A stretch of 64,000 nucleotides of DNA from Vicinamibacteria bacterium (lineage in GTDB: Bacteria > Acidobacteriota > Vicinamibacteria > Marinacidobacterales > Marinacidobacteraceae): positions 1,888,001 to 1,952,000 of the forward strand of contig OY821641.1 of assembly GCA_963555995.3 (NCBI GenBank), given 5' to 3'. The first letter of the stretch is position 1, and the number at the start of each line of letters is the position of its first letter. Position numbers and translations under genes: made by a program. Below, one piece after another: positions 19,899 to 28,924 of the stretch. The notes below the pieces were generated by a model. That model worked only from the letters and a program-made list of their open reading frames with translations. It searched no databases and had not been told where the DNA came from.

Positions 19899-21077
19899 TT
19901 GCCGACCCCGGAACCTCCGCCCCGGAACGACCCGCGGCGCTTCGCCACCCGCGCCATCCACGCGGGCCAGCACCCCGATCCGGGCACCGGAGCGGTCGTC
20001 GTCCCGCTCGTCACCTCGGCGACGTTCCTGCAGGAGTCCCCCGGGCAACCTGGGGACTACGAGTACTCGCGGACGGGCAACCCCACGCGGAACGCGCTGG
20101 AGACGAACCTGGCCTCGCTGGAGGGGGGCGCGGGGGCGGTGGCGTGCGCCTCGGGCATGGCCGCCATCGTGATGGCGTTCGAGCTGGTCCCGAGCGGCGG
20201 CCGGGTGGTCGCCACCAGCGACAGCTACGGCGGCACCTACCGGGTCGGCGAGCACGTGCTGCGCCGCCGGGGGCTCGACTTCACCTGGATGGACACGAGC
20301 GACACCGACGCCACCGTCCGGGAGATCGAGGCGGGGGCCGCGATGCTCTTCCTCGAGACGCCGACGAACCCGATGCTCCGCATCGCCGACCTGCGGGCGC
20401 TTTCGGAGGCAGCCCGCGCGCACGGCGCCGCGGTGGTGGTGGACAACACCTTCATGTCCCCGTACTTCCAGCGCCCGCTGGAACTCGGCGCCGACATCGT
20501 GGTCCACTCGTCCACCAAGTACCTGAACGGCCACAGCGACGGCGTGGGCGGGATCCTGGTGGCGCGGGGCGCGGACCACCTGGAGCGCTTCCGCTACCTC
20601 CAGAACGCGGCGGGGGCGATCCTCTCCCCCTTCGACTCCTGGCTCCTCCTGCGCAGTTCCAAGACGCTCGCGCTCCGCATGGAGCGCCATGACGAAAACG
20701 CCCGCCGGATCGCCGCGATGCTGGACGGTCACCGGGAGGTCGCGGCGGTCCACTACCCGGGGCTTCCGGACCATCCCGGACACGACCTCGCCCGCCGCCA
20801 GATGAGCGGCTTCGGGGGGATGCTCTCCTTCGACGTGGGGACCATGGACCGCGCCCGCCGGGTCATGGAGGCGCTGCGGATCTTCCACATCGCGGAGAGC
20901 CTCGGCGGGGTGGAGAGCCTGGCGAACCATCCGGCCACCATGACCCACGCCTCGATCCCCGAGCCGATGCGCCGCGCGATGGGGGTCGGTGACGGGCTGG
21001 TGCGGCTCTCGGTGGGGATCGAGGACGTGGCCGACCTGCTGGGCGACCTCGAGGCCGCGCTGGGGGCGCTCGACTGA
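19899..21077 (+). CDS. Cystathionine gamma-lyase/synthase (PLP-dependent)
   Basis: FATRAIHAG, YSRTGNPTR, ETPTNP, DNTF, HSSTKYLNGHSD, ESLGGVESL; TTG start 8 nt after TAGAAT. Confidence 0.93.
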   Translation: MPTPEPPPRNDPRRFATRAIHAGQHPDPGTGAVVVPLVTSATFLQESPGQPGDYEYSRTGNPTRNALETNLASLEGGAGAVACASGMAAIVMAFELVPSGGRVVATSDSYGGTYRVGEHVLRRRGLDFTWMDTSDTDATVREIEAGAAMLFLETPTNPMLRIADLRALSEAARAHGAAVVVDNTFMSPYFQRPLELGADIVVHSSTKYLNGHSDGVGGILVARGADHLERFRYLQNAAGAILSPFDSWLLLRSSKTLALRMERHDENARRIAAMLDGHREVAAVHYPGLPDHPGHDLARRQMSGFGGMLSFDVGTMDRARRVMEALRIFHIAESLGGVESLANHPATMTHASIPEPMRRAMGVGDGLVRLSVGIEDVADLLGDLEAALGALD

Positions 21078-21082
21078 GCCCG

Positions 21083-21370
21083 GTGGGAGACGCGACGTCC
21101 CGACGCTTCGTGGTGGCCGGGCTGGTGCAGGGAGTGGGGTTCCGCTGGACCGCCCAGAACGTCGCGCGGGCGCTCGGCATCACGGGCGCCGTGCGCAACC
21201 GGCCCGACGGGAGCGTGGAAATCGAGGCCCACGGCGCCCCGGAGGCCCTCGACGGCCTGGCGCGGGCGCTCCGCACCCGGATGCCCGGCCGGGTGGACTC
21301 CGTCCACGAAGATCGCCTCGAAAGCGCCGGGGAAGGGAGAACGCCCGATGACTTCCGGATCGTCTTCTGA
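21083..21370 (+). CDS. acyP: Acylphosphatase
   Basis: VQGVGFR, G.VRNRPDGSVE. Confidence 0.92.
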   Translation: MGDATSRRFVVAGLVQGVGFRWTAQNVARALGITGAVRNRPDGSVEIEAHGAPEALDGLARALRTRMPGRVDSVHEDRLESAGEGRTPDDFRIVF

Positions 21371-21905
21371 CGCGGCGCGGGTCGCCCGCCTCAAGGCCCG
21401 CATCCGGGCCGTCCCCGACTTTCCGGAACCCGGGGTCCTGTTCCGGGACATCACCCCGCTGCTCGGCGATCCGGCGGCGTTCGCGGGAGCCGTCGCCGCC
21501 ATGACCGCCCCCTTCGAGGGGTCGCGGATCGCCGCGGTCGCCGCCATCGAGAGCCGCGGCTTCCTCTTCGGCGGCCGGATGGCCCGGCGGCTGGACGCGG
21601 GTCTCGTACCGCTGCGGAAGCCGGGGAAGCTGCCGGCCGCCACGCTTGCCGAGGACTACGCGCTGGAATACGGAACGGCCACCCTGGAGGCGCACCGGGA
21701 CGCGCTCACCGCCGGCCAGCGCGTTCTCGTCGTGGACGACGTGCTCGCCACCGGCGGCACCGCCGAGGCGGCGTTCCGTCTCTGCGGGCGGCTCGGGGCG
21801 GAGGTGGTGGGGTTCTCGTTCCTGCTCGCGCTGCCGCCGCTGGGCGGGCTGGCGCGGCTCGCGGGACTCGGGCCGCCGGTGCGCACCGTCCTGGAGTATC
21901 CGTAG
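21348..21905 (+). CDS. apt: Adenine phosphoribosyltransferase
   Basis: PDFPEPGVLFRDITPLL, ESRGF, RKPGKLP, LEYG, VDDVLATGGT. Confidence 0.95.
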   Translation: MTSGSSSDAARVARLKARIRAVPDFPEPGVLFRDITPLLGDPAAFAGAVAAMTAPFEGSRIAAVAAIESRGFLFGGRMARRLDAGLVPLRKPGKLPAATLAEDYALEYGTATLEAHRDALTAGQRVLVVDDVLATGGTAEAAFRLCGRLGAEVVGFSFLLALPPLGGLARLAGLGPPVRTVLEYP

Positions 21906-21982
21906 GACTCTCCGGGTCCTCGTCCGGGGAACCGCGGCTCGCGCGGGGTACGATTCCCCCGGGCGTCGTCCGGCGGTCCGAT

Positions 21983-22056
21983 GCGCCTGTAGCTCAGGTG
22001 GAGAGAGCGACGGATTCCTAATCCGTAGGTCGCAGGTTCGAGTCCTGCCAGGCGTA
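21983..22056 (+). tRNA. tRNA-Arg(CCT), CCA not encoded
   Basis: Acceptor GCGCCTG/CAGGCGT, anticodon arm ACGGA-ttCCTaa-TCCGT, T-loop GGTTCGAGTCC; -10-like TACGAT at 21949-21954. Confidence 0.93.
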
Positions 22057-22080
22057 CGCGGCCCCGCGTCCCTCCCCACC

Positions 22081-23676
22081 ATGCGTCATCCACTCCGAGC
22101 GACACCACTCCGGTTCGCCGCCGCCCTCGCCCTCTGCGCCGGGGTCGCCGGCGCCGGCGCCCAGCCCCCGCCGGCCGCTTCGGTCCCCGAGGACCTCCGC
22201 AGCCCGCGCGCCGCCCTCGACACCTTCCTCGGCGGCCAGTTGCGCGCCGAGATTCCCTGGGAGGAGGTCACCGCCACCCTCGACTTCGAGCCGGGCGTCC
22301 CCGCCGAGGCGCGGCAGGAGATCGCCGGACAGCTCAAGTCCGTCCTCGACGGACGGGGCCTCTTCGTGCGGATGGGCTCGGTCCCCGCCGATCCGGAGTA
22401 CGTCGACCCGGACTCGCGCGCCGCCGTCTTCACCCCCTTCCCGATCCGGCTCCCCGCCTTCACGCTCCGCCGCGGCGAGGACGGCGCGTGGCGCATCGCC
22501 GCCGGCGCCGTCCGGGCGGCGGACGAGCTCTACGCGGAGACCTACTCCTGGTACGCCCGCCGCCTGCTGGAGGTGCTGCCCCCGGCCGTCGAGCGGTCCT
22601 TCCTCGGGTTCACGCTCTGGCAGCTCATCGGCCTCGCCATCCTCGCGGCGCTCGCCTGGATCGCGCAGCGGTTGCTCGGGCTCTTCTTCCGCCGTTTCCT
22701 GACCCGCTTCGCCACTCGGCACGCGGGCTGGGCCACCCGCGAACTCGAAGCCGCCGCGCTGCCCGCCTCCTGGCTGGCGTCGGTGTGGATCTTCCGGCGG
22801 TTCCTGGCCGACCTGCGCTTCCCGGTGCTGGTGAACCAGGGGCTCAACATCCTGCTCGACCTCGCCCTGGCGGGGATTGCGGTGTGGTTCGCCTACCGGG
22901 CGATTGACGCGGTCTGCACAAAGCTCGCCGCGGCGGCGGCCAAGACCGAAACCAACGTGGACGACCACCTGGTGCCGCTCGCCCGCACCGCGCTGCGGGT
23001 GGGGTCAGTGGTGCTGGCGTTCCTGCTGATCGCCCAGAGCCAGGGCTACTCCGTGACCACCCTGGTCGCGGGGCTCGGGCTCGGCGGCCTCGCCATCGCC
23101 CTCGCCGCCCAGGACACCCTCGCGAACGTCCTGGGCTCGCTCGCCATCGTCGGCGACCGCCCCTTCCAGGTCGGGGACTGGGTCCTCGTCGAGGGCTACG
23201 AGGGGACCGTGGAGCGCGTCGGGCTGCGCTCCACCCGCGTCCGCACCTTCTACGACTCGGTGGTCAGCGTCCCCAACAGCAAGGTCGTCAACTCCATCGT
23301 GGACAACATGGGGCAGCGGAAGTACCGGCGCATGAAGCACATGCTGGCGCTCCGCTACGACACCGACCCCGACCGCATCCAGGCGTTCGTCGAGGGCGTG
23401 CGGGGGCTCATCCTGAAGAACCCCGCGATGCGCCACGACTACTTCGAGATCCACCTGAACCGCTTCGCGGACTCGTCGGTGGACGTGCTGGTGTACTGCT
23501 TCTTCCGGGTGCCCGACTGGCACGCCGAGCTGACCGAGCGGCACAACTTCCTGCTCTCCATCCTTCGGCTCGCCAGGGAGGTCGGCGTGGAGTTCGCCTT
23601 CCCGACCCGGACGCTGGCGCTCGAACAGACCGCGGACGGCGCGGATTCCCTCCCCGCGGACCCGGCCGCCGACTGA
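22081..23676 (+). CDS. MscS-family mechanosensitive channel with periplasmic N-terminal domain
   Basis: Signal peptide, SPR motif, GLGGLAIALAAQDTLAN, DRPFQVGDW, GLRSTRVRT, EFAFPTRT. Confidence 0.9.
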   Translation: MRHPLRATPLRFAAALALCAGVAGAGAQPPPAASVPEDLRSPRAALDTFLGGQLRAEIPWEEVTATLDFEPGVPAEARQEIAGQLKSVLDGRGLFVRMGSVPADPEYVDPDSRAAVFTPFPIRLPAFTLRRGEDGAWRIAAGAVRAADELYAETYSWYARRLLEVLPPAVERSFLGFTLWQLIGLAILAALAWIAQRLLGLFFRRFLTRFATRHAGWATRELEAAALPASWLASVWIFRRFLADLRFPVLVNQGLNILLDLALAGIAVWFAYRAIDAVCTKLAAAAAKTETNVDDHLVPLARTALRVGSVVLAFLLIAQSQGYSVTTLVAGLGLGGLAIALAAQDTLANVLGSLAIVGDRPFQVGDWVLVEGYEGTVERVGLRSTRVRTFYDSVVSVPNSKVVNSIVDNMGQRKYRRMKHMLALRYDTDPDRIQAFVEGVRGLILKNPAMRHDYFEIHLNRFADSSVDVLVYCFFRVPDWHAELTERHNFLLSILRLAREVGVEFAFPTRTLALEQTADGADSLPADPAAD

Positions 23677-23697
23677 CGATTGGACCGCCCGGTTCCG

Positions 23698-24390
23698 ATG
23701 ACCGGCGAGAAGCGCTTCGGCCGCTGGGGCCGCGTCGTGGTCGCGGCGGTTCTCGGGTGGATCGCCCTGACGGTCCTGCTCGTGTTGCCCTGGCGCTGGA
23801 TTCCGCCGCCCACCACGGCCTTCATGCTTCGGGAACGGATCGTGGGCGGCGGCGCGCCGCACCACCAGTGGGTTTCCTGGGACCGCATCTCCCCTCACCT
23901 GCCCATCGCGGCGGTGGCCGCCGAGGACCAGAAGTTTCCCGACCACTTCGGCTTCGACTTCGATTCCATCTCCGACGCCCTAGCGGAGAGGCAACGGGGC
24001 GGACGCCTCCGGGGCGCCAGCACGATCTCCCAGCAGGTCGCCAAGAACCTCTACCTGTGGCCCGGCCAGAACCTCGTCCGGAAGGGGCTGGAGGCGTACT
24101 TCACGGTCGCCATCGAGCTCCTGTGGTCCAAGCGCCGTATCCTGGAGGTGTATCTGAACGTCGCCGAGTTCGGCCCCGGCACCTTCGGCGTCCTCGCGGC
24201 GAGCCGGCACGCCTTCCTCCGGGAACCCGGGGACCTGACCCCGCGCCAGGCCGCGACCCTGATCGCGGTGCTGCCGAGCCCCCGACGCATGTCGGCCTCC
24301 AGCCCGTCGGAATACGTGCTGCGCCGGGCCCGCGAGATCCAGCAGGCCGTGGCGCAACTCGGCGGCGCCGCCTACCTCAGCGGTCTCTGA
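23698..24390 (+). CDS. mtgA: Monofunctional peptidoglycan transglycosylase
   Basis: AEDQKFPDHFGFD, GASTISQQVAKNL, RKGLE, KRRILEVYLN. Confidence 0.93.
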   Translation: MTGEKRFGRWGRVVVAAVLGWIALTVLLVLPWRWIPPPTTAFMLRERIVGGGAPHHQWVSWDRISPHLPIAAVAAEDQKFPDHFGFDFDSISDALAERQRGGRLRGASTISQQVAKNLYLWPGQNLVRKGLEAYFTVAIELLWSKRRILEVYLNVAEFGPGTFGVLAASRHAFLREPGDLTPRQAATLIAVLPSPRRMSASSPSEYVLRRAREIQQAVAQLGGAAYLSGL

Positions 24391-24433
24391 ACCGGCGAGC
24401 GGGTTCCGTTGACCCGCCGGACGGCGTGCCGGT

Positions 24434-24595
24434 TTGGAACGCCGGCTTCAGCCGGCACAGCCCGCCGAAGGCGGGCGGCGAGACGGACCTCACGCGCCGG
24501 GATGGCTCGGCTGCGACGCGCCAATGCACCCGGGGTGGCGACGAACCCGCCCGCGGCCCTACGGGCCGCTGTGCCGGCTGAAGCCGGCGTTCCAA
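24434..24595. repeat. REPIN-like element
   Basis: Inverted REP pair; interior similar to 26535-26695. Confidence 0.88.
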
Positions 24596-24693
24596 GCCGG
24601 CGGCGTCCTCACGAATGTTGGCGGACCCGCCGGAGCCGCGGCTTCATAGCAACTGGCTCGTCTCGGCGCTCACGAGGGTTTCGCCAAAGGCCC

Positions 24694-26433
24694 CTAGCGG
24701 AACTCGGGCACGAAGGGCAGCAGCGCCAGCCGCGTGCCCCGGAGCGCCGCGTCGAGAACCGGGAGCCGCTCCCGCAGGCCGCCGGCGCGGAACTCGGCCT
24801 CGATCGCCTCGGCCAGCGTCGGCGGCTCCGGCAACGAGACCCATTCGATGGCCGCGTCGTTCGGAAACCCGGCCTCCGTCGCCGCCAGGCGGACCGCGGC
24901 TTCGATCCCTCCCACCTGATCCACGAGGCCGACCGCCAGCGCCTGCCCGCCGGTGAAGACCCGGCCCTGGCCGATGGCGTCCACGTCGGCCGTGGTCATG
25001 TTCCGGGCCGCGGACACGCGCTCCAGGAAGACGCCGTAAACCTCGGCGGCGCCCTCGCGCAGCCGCTCCAGATCCCGCTCGTCCAGCGGTCGGGAGGGGC
25101 TGAGCCAGTTCGGCCGGCCGCCGGCCGACACCAGGTCCGCCGCGATCCCGATCTTTTCGAGCATCTCCCCGATGCTGAACTTCCCGACGTAAACGCCGAT
25201 GGAGCCGGTGATGGAGAGCGGCTGGGCGACCACCCGCCGGGCGGCCGTCGAGACCCAGTAGCCGCCCGACGCCGCCGTGTCGCCGAACGAGGCGACCAGC
25301 GGTTTCACCCCGCGCACCCGGTCGGCGGCCCTCCAGATCGTGTCCGAGGCGGAATCGCTTCCGCCGGGACTGGAGACGCGGAGCACCACCGCGTCCACGG
25401 ACTCTTCCTCTTCCGCCCAGGCGAGCGCCTCCGCGACCGTCGTGGCGCCGGCGACGCGTCCCGCCGACAGGTCTTCGCGGCTCTTGCCGGGGAGGATCGC
25501 GCCGTCCACGTGGACGACCGCGACCCGCGCATCCGCACGGAGGGAGCCCCGCCGGGACGACGCAACGTAGTCGGCGATGCCCACGAGCTTCTCCTCCTCG
25601 ACGTCCTCCTTGATCTCGTCCAGGTAGCTGAGCGCGTCCACCAGGCCGTGCTCCAGCGCGCGGCTCGCGGTGTAGGGGCCGTCGGAGAGCAGTCGGTCCG
25701 CGTCGCCCGGCGTCATTCCCCGCGCCTCGGCCACCGCCGCCACGGTCCCGGCCCGGAACTCTTCCCCGAGCGATTCGAGCTGCTCCCGATGCTCGGGACT
25801 CATACCCGATTCGGTGAACACGTCCGGCGAGGTCTTGTAGGGGCCGATCGCCTCGAACTGCGCCTCGATGCCCAGCTTCTCGAAGAGCCCGGCGAAGAAC
25901 ATGACCTCCATCGAGATCCCGTAGAGGCCCAACTGCCCCCGCGGGTGCATGTGGATCCGGTCGGCGGCGCTCGCCAGGTAGTAGTCCATGAGCCCGGCGT
26001 ACTCGAGCGAGGCGGTGACCCGCTTGCCGGCTTCCCGGAAGCGCAGGGCGGCGTCGCGCAGTTCGCGCGCCCGCGCCCAGCCGATCCGGGTGTTTCCCAC
26101 GCGCAGGTGGAGGGCGCCGATGCGGGGATCCTCGGCGGCCCGCGACATGCCCTGGATCAGCTCGCTGAAGCTGGGTCCGGCGTCGGCGAACAGGAACGGG
26201 GCGTAGGGGAGGGTCTCCGGGTAGTCCCCCTCCGTGCCGACGAGCAGGATGCCGTCCTCGGGGACCGACGGGTCGCCGCCGAGGAAGAAGGTGAACGCCA
26301 GTCCCAGGAAGCCCAGCCCTACGACCACGGCGAATACCAGCATGGCGGTGAGCAGACAGCCGGAGCCGGCGCGGCGGCGCGCTTGCGGCGGCGGGGGCGG
26401 CGGCGCGGCGCGGCCGGCGAACGGCTCGGTCAT
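24694..26433 (-). CDS. sppA: Signal peptide peptidase SppA (S49, long form)
   Basis: N-terminal TM; YYLASAAD, GPYK, RVSSPGG, AASGGYW, TGSIGV, GRVFTG. Confidence 0.92.
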   Translation of the reverse strand: MTEPFAGRAAPPPPPPQARRRAGSGCLLTAMLVFAVVVGLGFLGLAFTFFLGGDPSVPEDGILLVGTEGDYPETLPYAPFLFADAGPSFSELIQGMSRAAEDPRIGALHLRVGNTRIGWARARELRDAALRFREAGKRVTASLEYAGLMDYYLASAADRIHMHPRGQLGLYGISMEVMFFAGLFEKLGIEAQFEAIGPYKTSPDVFTESGMSPEHREQLESLGEEFRAGTVAAVAEARGMTPGDADRLLSDGPYTASRALEHGLVDALSYLDEIKEDVEEEKLVGIADYVASSRRGSLRADARVAVVHVDGAILPGKSREDLSAGRVAGATTVAEALAWAEEEESVDAVVLRVSSPGGSDSASDTIWRAADRVRGVKPLVASFGDTAASGGYWVSTAARRVVAQPLSITGSIGVYVGKFSIGEMLEKIGIAADLVSAGGRPNWLSPSRPLDERDLERLREGAAEVYGVFLERVSAARNMTTADVDAIGQGRVFTGGQALAVGLVDQVGGIEAAVRLAATEAGFPNDAAIEWVSLPEPPTLAEAIEAEFRAGGLRERLPVLDAALRGTRLALLPFVPEFR

Positions 26434-26534
26434 CGGGTCAGGCTCCCGGGTGTTTCCCGGAAATCCCCCGGCCCGGTCGTTGTGAGAATGTAGTCCTGCG
26501 GGGTTGGCCAACGGCCGTGATGGCGCCACCGGCC

Positions 26535-26695
26535 TGGAACGCCGGCTTCAGCCGGCACAGCCCGCCGCAGGCGGGCGGCGAGCCGTACCTCCTTCGCCGG
26601 GATGGCTCGGCTGCGCACGCCATGTGCATCCCGGGTAGCGATGACCGCCCGCGCGGCCCTTCGGGCCGCTGTGCCGGCTGAAGCCGGCGTTCCAA
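26535..26695. repeat. REPIN-like element
   Basis: Inverted REP pair; interior similar to 24434-24595. Confidence 0.88.
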
Positions 26696-26768
26696 GCCCG
26701 CGCGCGAACTCGGCTCCCGAGCCCCACGCCGGGGCGGGAACCACCGTTTCCCGGGGGCGTTGGAACGT

Positions 26769-26814
26769 GCGCGGCGCGGAGCGCCGTGCGTGCCGGTCCG
26801 GAGACCGGCGTCCC
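26769..26814. repeat. Single REP arm of the GCCGGTC subfamily
   Basis: GCGCGGCGCGGAGCGCCG..GTGCCGGTCCGGAGACCGGCG resembles 40302-40347. Confidence 0.7.
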
Positions 26815-26817
26815 GGG

Positions 26818-27504
26818 TCAGCGCGGCGGGTCAGGAAGCCGCTCCTTCCGGGTCTCCGCGAGGTCCCGAAAGGCGGAGGCGGGGTACTCCTCGACGATCC
26901 GCTCGTAGAGCGCGACCGCGGCTTCCGGCCTCCCCTGTTCCTCTTCGAGGATTCCAAGCTCGAACAGAACGGTATCGAGCGGCAGGTCACCGCTCCCACC
27001 AAGCAGACTTCGGTACGCGAGCGCCGCCTCTTCACCCTTGCCCGAGGTTCGCTGGACGCCGGCAAGACCGAGCGTGGCGAGTTCGGCGAGCAGGTCGTTC
27101 CGTCCCCGCACCGCCTCGAAGCTCACCGCGGCCCCTTCGTAATCCCCCAGCGCGCGCTGGCAGACCCCGGCGTAGTAGCGCGCGGTCCTGCCTTCGAGCG
27201 AGTTGCCTTCGCTCTCGGCCAGCCGTTCCAGTTCGGAAAGCGAAGCCTCGCACGGACCCTGCTGGGCTTCCGCTCCCCCCGTCACCTGCTGGATTTCGGT
27301 GGTGAGGACACCGAGCCGGGTCCGCGCCGCCTCCTTGCGGTTCCCGCGGTTCACCAGGAAAGCGCCGGCCAGGAGGGCGATCCCGACGGTCGCCGCGATG
27401 ATGGTGACCAGGGAGCGGCGGTTCTCCTGGGCCCAGTCCACCGCCCGCTCGACCCGCAGAATGAGGGCGTCGGTCTCGAGCTTGTGCCGTTCTTCGCCGC
27501 GCAT
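26818..27504 (-). CDS. Membrane-anchored TPR protein (YfgM-like)
   Basis: MRGEERHKLETD, one TM segment, TPR-like helices ending in YERIVEEYPAS. Confidence 0.7.
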   Translation of the reverse strand: MRGEERHKLETDALILRVERAVDWAQENRRSLVTIIAATVGIALLAGAFLVNRGNRKEAARTRLGVLTTEIQQVTGGAEAQQGPCEASLSELERLAESEGNSLEGRTARYYAGVCQRALGDYEGAAVSFEAVRGRNDLLAELATLGLAGVQRTSGKGEEAALAYRSLLGGSGDLPLDTVLFELGILEEEQGRPEAAVALYERIVEEYPASAFRDLAETRKERLPDPPR

Positions 27505-27572
27505 GGGTCCGGGAAACGCGGAATTCTAGCCGGGGGCCGACGCGAGCGGCGGCGCCAATTCCGCGAGCGAAT

Positions 27573-28919
27573 CTAAACCCGCACCACGCCACGGAGGCGG
27601 GCGCCGTCCGGGATCCGCGCGGGCCGGTCGCGGCGGCCCAGCACCGTCACCTCGCCCTCGCAGGCGACCCGCCGCCCGAACCGGACATCGCCGCTGACCT
27701 GGAGGCGGTCGCAGGCGAGCAGCGAAGGGGGCCCGTGCGGGAACCGGGCCTCGAGGTCGCTGATGAACCGGTAGCGCTCCCGGTCGAGTGCGACCGGCGG
27801 CGGCTCGCGGGCGGGTTCGACCAGCCCGTTCTCATCGATCGCGTAGATGTCCGAGCGCAGGACCAGCAGGTTCTCGGTGGTCTTCACGGGCGCGAACCGC
27901 CGCCGCGGGACCTCGACGGCCTGCGCCCCGTCGAAGACCTCGAGCGCGGTTCCGGCGGCCTGTTCCAGGTGGAACACCGGCTCGGATTCCGGATCGCGCG
28001 GATCCGCCGTCTTCGGGTTCGCGATCGTCGGAAGCGGGAGGAAGCCTCCTCCCCGGTCCAGGGCGTCCCGGAGCGCATCGAGCCGCAGCCAGAGGTTGTT
28101 GGCGTTGAAGTAACGGTACCGCTCGTGGTCCCGGAAGGCATCCCGGTCCTCGGGGGCGCACTGCGCCGTCTCGCGGAGCACCAGCCGCCCGTCACGGCGG
28201 CGGCGCGCGAGGTGGCCGCCCTTCCAGTCCTCCGGCGTGCGCCGGACGACTTCCATGAGGAACGGGGCGCCCGACCGGATGAAGAAAGCCAGCAGCGACG
28301 GGTCGGGACACCCTCCCACGTTGTCCACGTTGGAGACGAACGCGTAGCGAAAGCCCTTGGCTAGCAGGTCGGCGAGCACGCCGCTGGTGCCGAGGGCGGT
28401 GTAGAGGTCGCCGTGTCCCGGCGGACACCATTCGAGATCCGGCCGGTCGGGCACCCGCACGGGAGCGAAGTCGGCGCGGCGCAGCTTGGGCGCCTCGTGC
28501 TGCAGGAAGCTCGGAACGTCCTGGTCCCCGAGCGTCTCCCGGACCGCCGCGTCCGTGGCGAAGCTGTTCATGAGGACCGGGCGCACCCCCACGGTCCCCG
28601 CCTGCTTCAGGGCGATGTCCAGGAAGGTCATGCCCTCCGTGGCGTAGAGCAGGGCCTTGGGGGCCCGCATCCCCATGGTGGTCCCGAGTCCGCCGTTCAG
28701 GGTGATCGCGACGGTGCGGGCCCGCGCGTCCGGCGAAGCGGGTTCGCCGGACTCCGGAACCACGGGGAGTTCCGTCACCGGGCCGAGGCTCGCTTCCGGA
28801 AGGTGGCAGGGCCCCCGCGCGGCCGACCGGACGCTCTCCAGGAACCCGCGCCGAAACGCCGCCGGCATCCCGCGGCGACGGAGCACCGCCTCGACGGCGG
28901 ACGCCGGGTCCGGGGACAT
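27573..28919 (-). CDS. UTP--glucose-1-phosphate uridylyltransferase, eukaryotic-type (UGP family)
   Basis: LNGGLGTTMG, LMNSFAT, WCPPGHGDLY, VSNVDN, KGGHL, FNANNLW, RFAPVK, C-terminal beta-helix. Confidence 0.88.
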   Translation of the reverse strand: MSPDPASAVEAVLRRRGMPAAFRRGFLESVRSAARGPCHLPEASLGPVTELPVVPESGEPASPDARARTVAITLNGGLGTTMGMRAPKALLYATEGMTFLDIALKQAGTVGVRPVLMNSFATDAAVRETLGDQDVPSFLQHEAPKLRRADFAPVRVPDRPDLEWCPPGHGDLYTALGTSGVLADLLAKGFRYAFVSNVDNVGGCPDPSLLAFFIRSGAPFLMEVVRRTPEDWKGGHLARRRRDGRLVLRETAQCAPEDRDAFRDHERYRYFNANNLWLRLDALRDALDRGGGFLPLPTIANPKTADPRDPESEPVFHLEQAAGTALEVFDGAQAVEVPRRRFAPVKTTENLLVLRSDIYAIDENGLVEPAREPPPVALDRERYRFISDLEARFPHGPPSLLACDRLQVSGDVRFGRRVACEGEVTVLGRRDRPARIPDGARLRGVVRV

Positions 28920-28924
28920 GGCGA

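Noticed and set aside
18132-21077. Apparent 938-aa and 739-aa fusion ORFs
   Set aside because: Each is a real gene (serine hydrolase; cystathionine lyase) extended upstream through the antisense of its divergent neighbour; promoter boxes at 19864-19890 mark the real starts.
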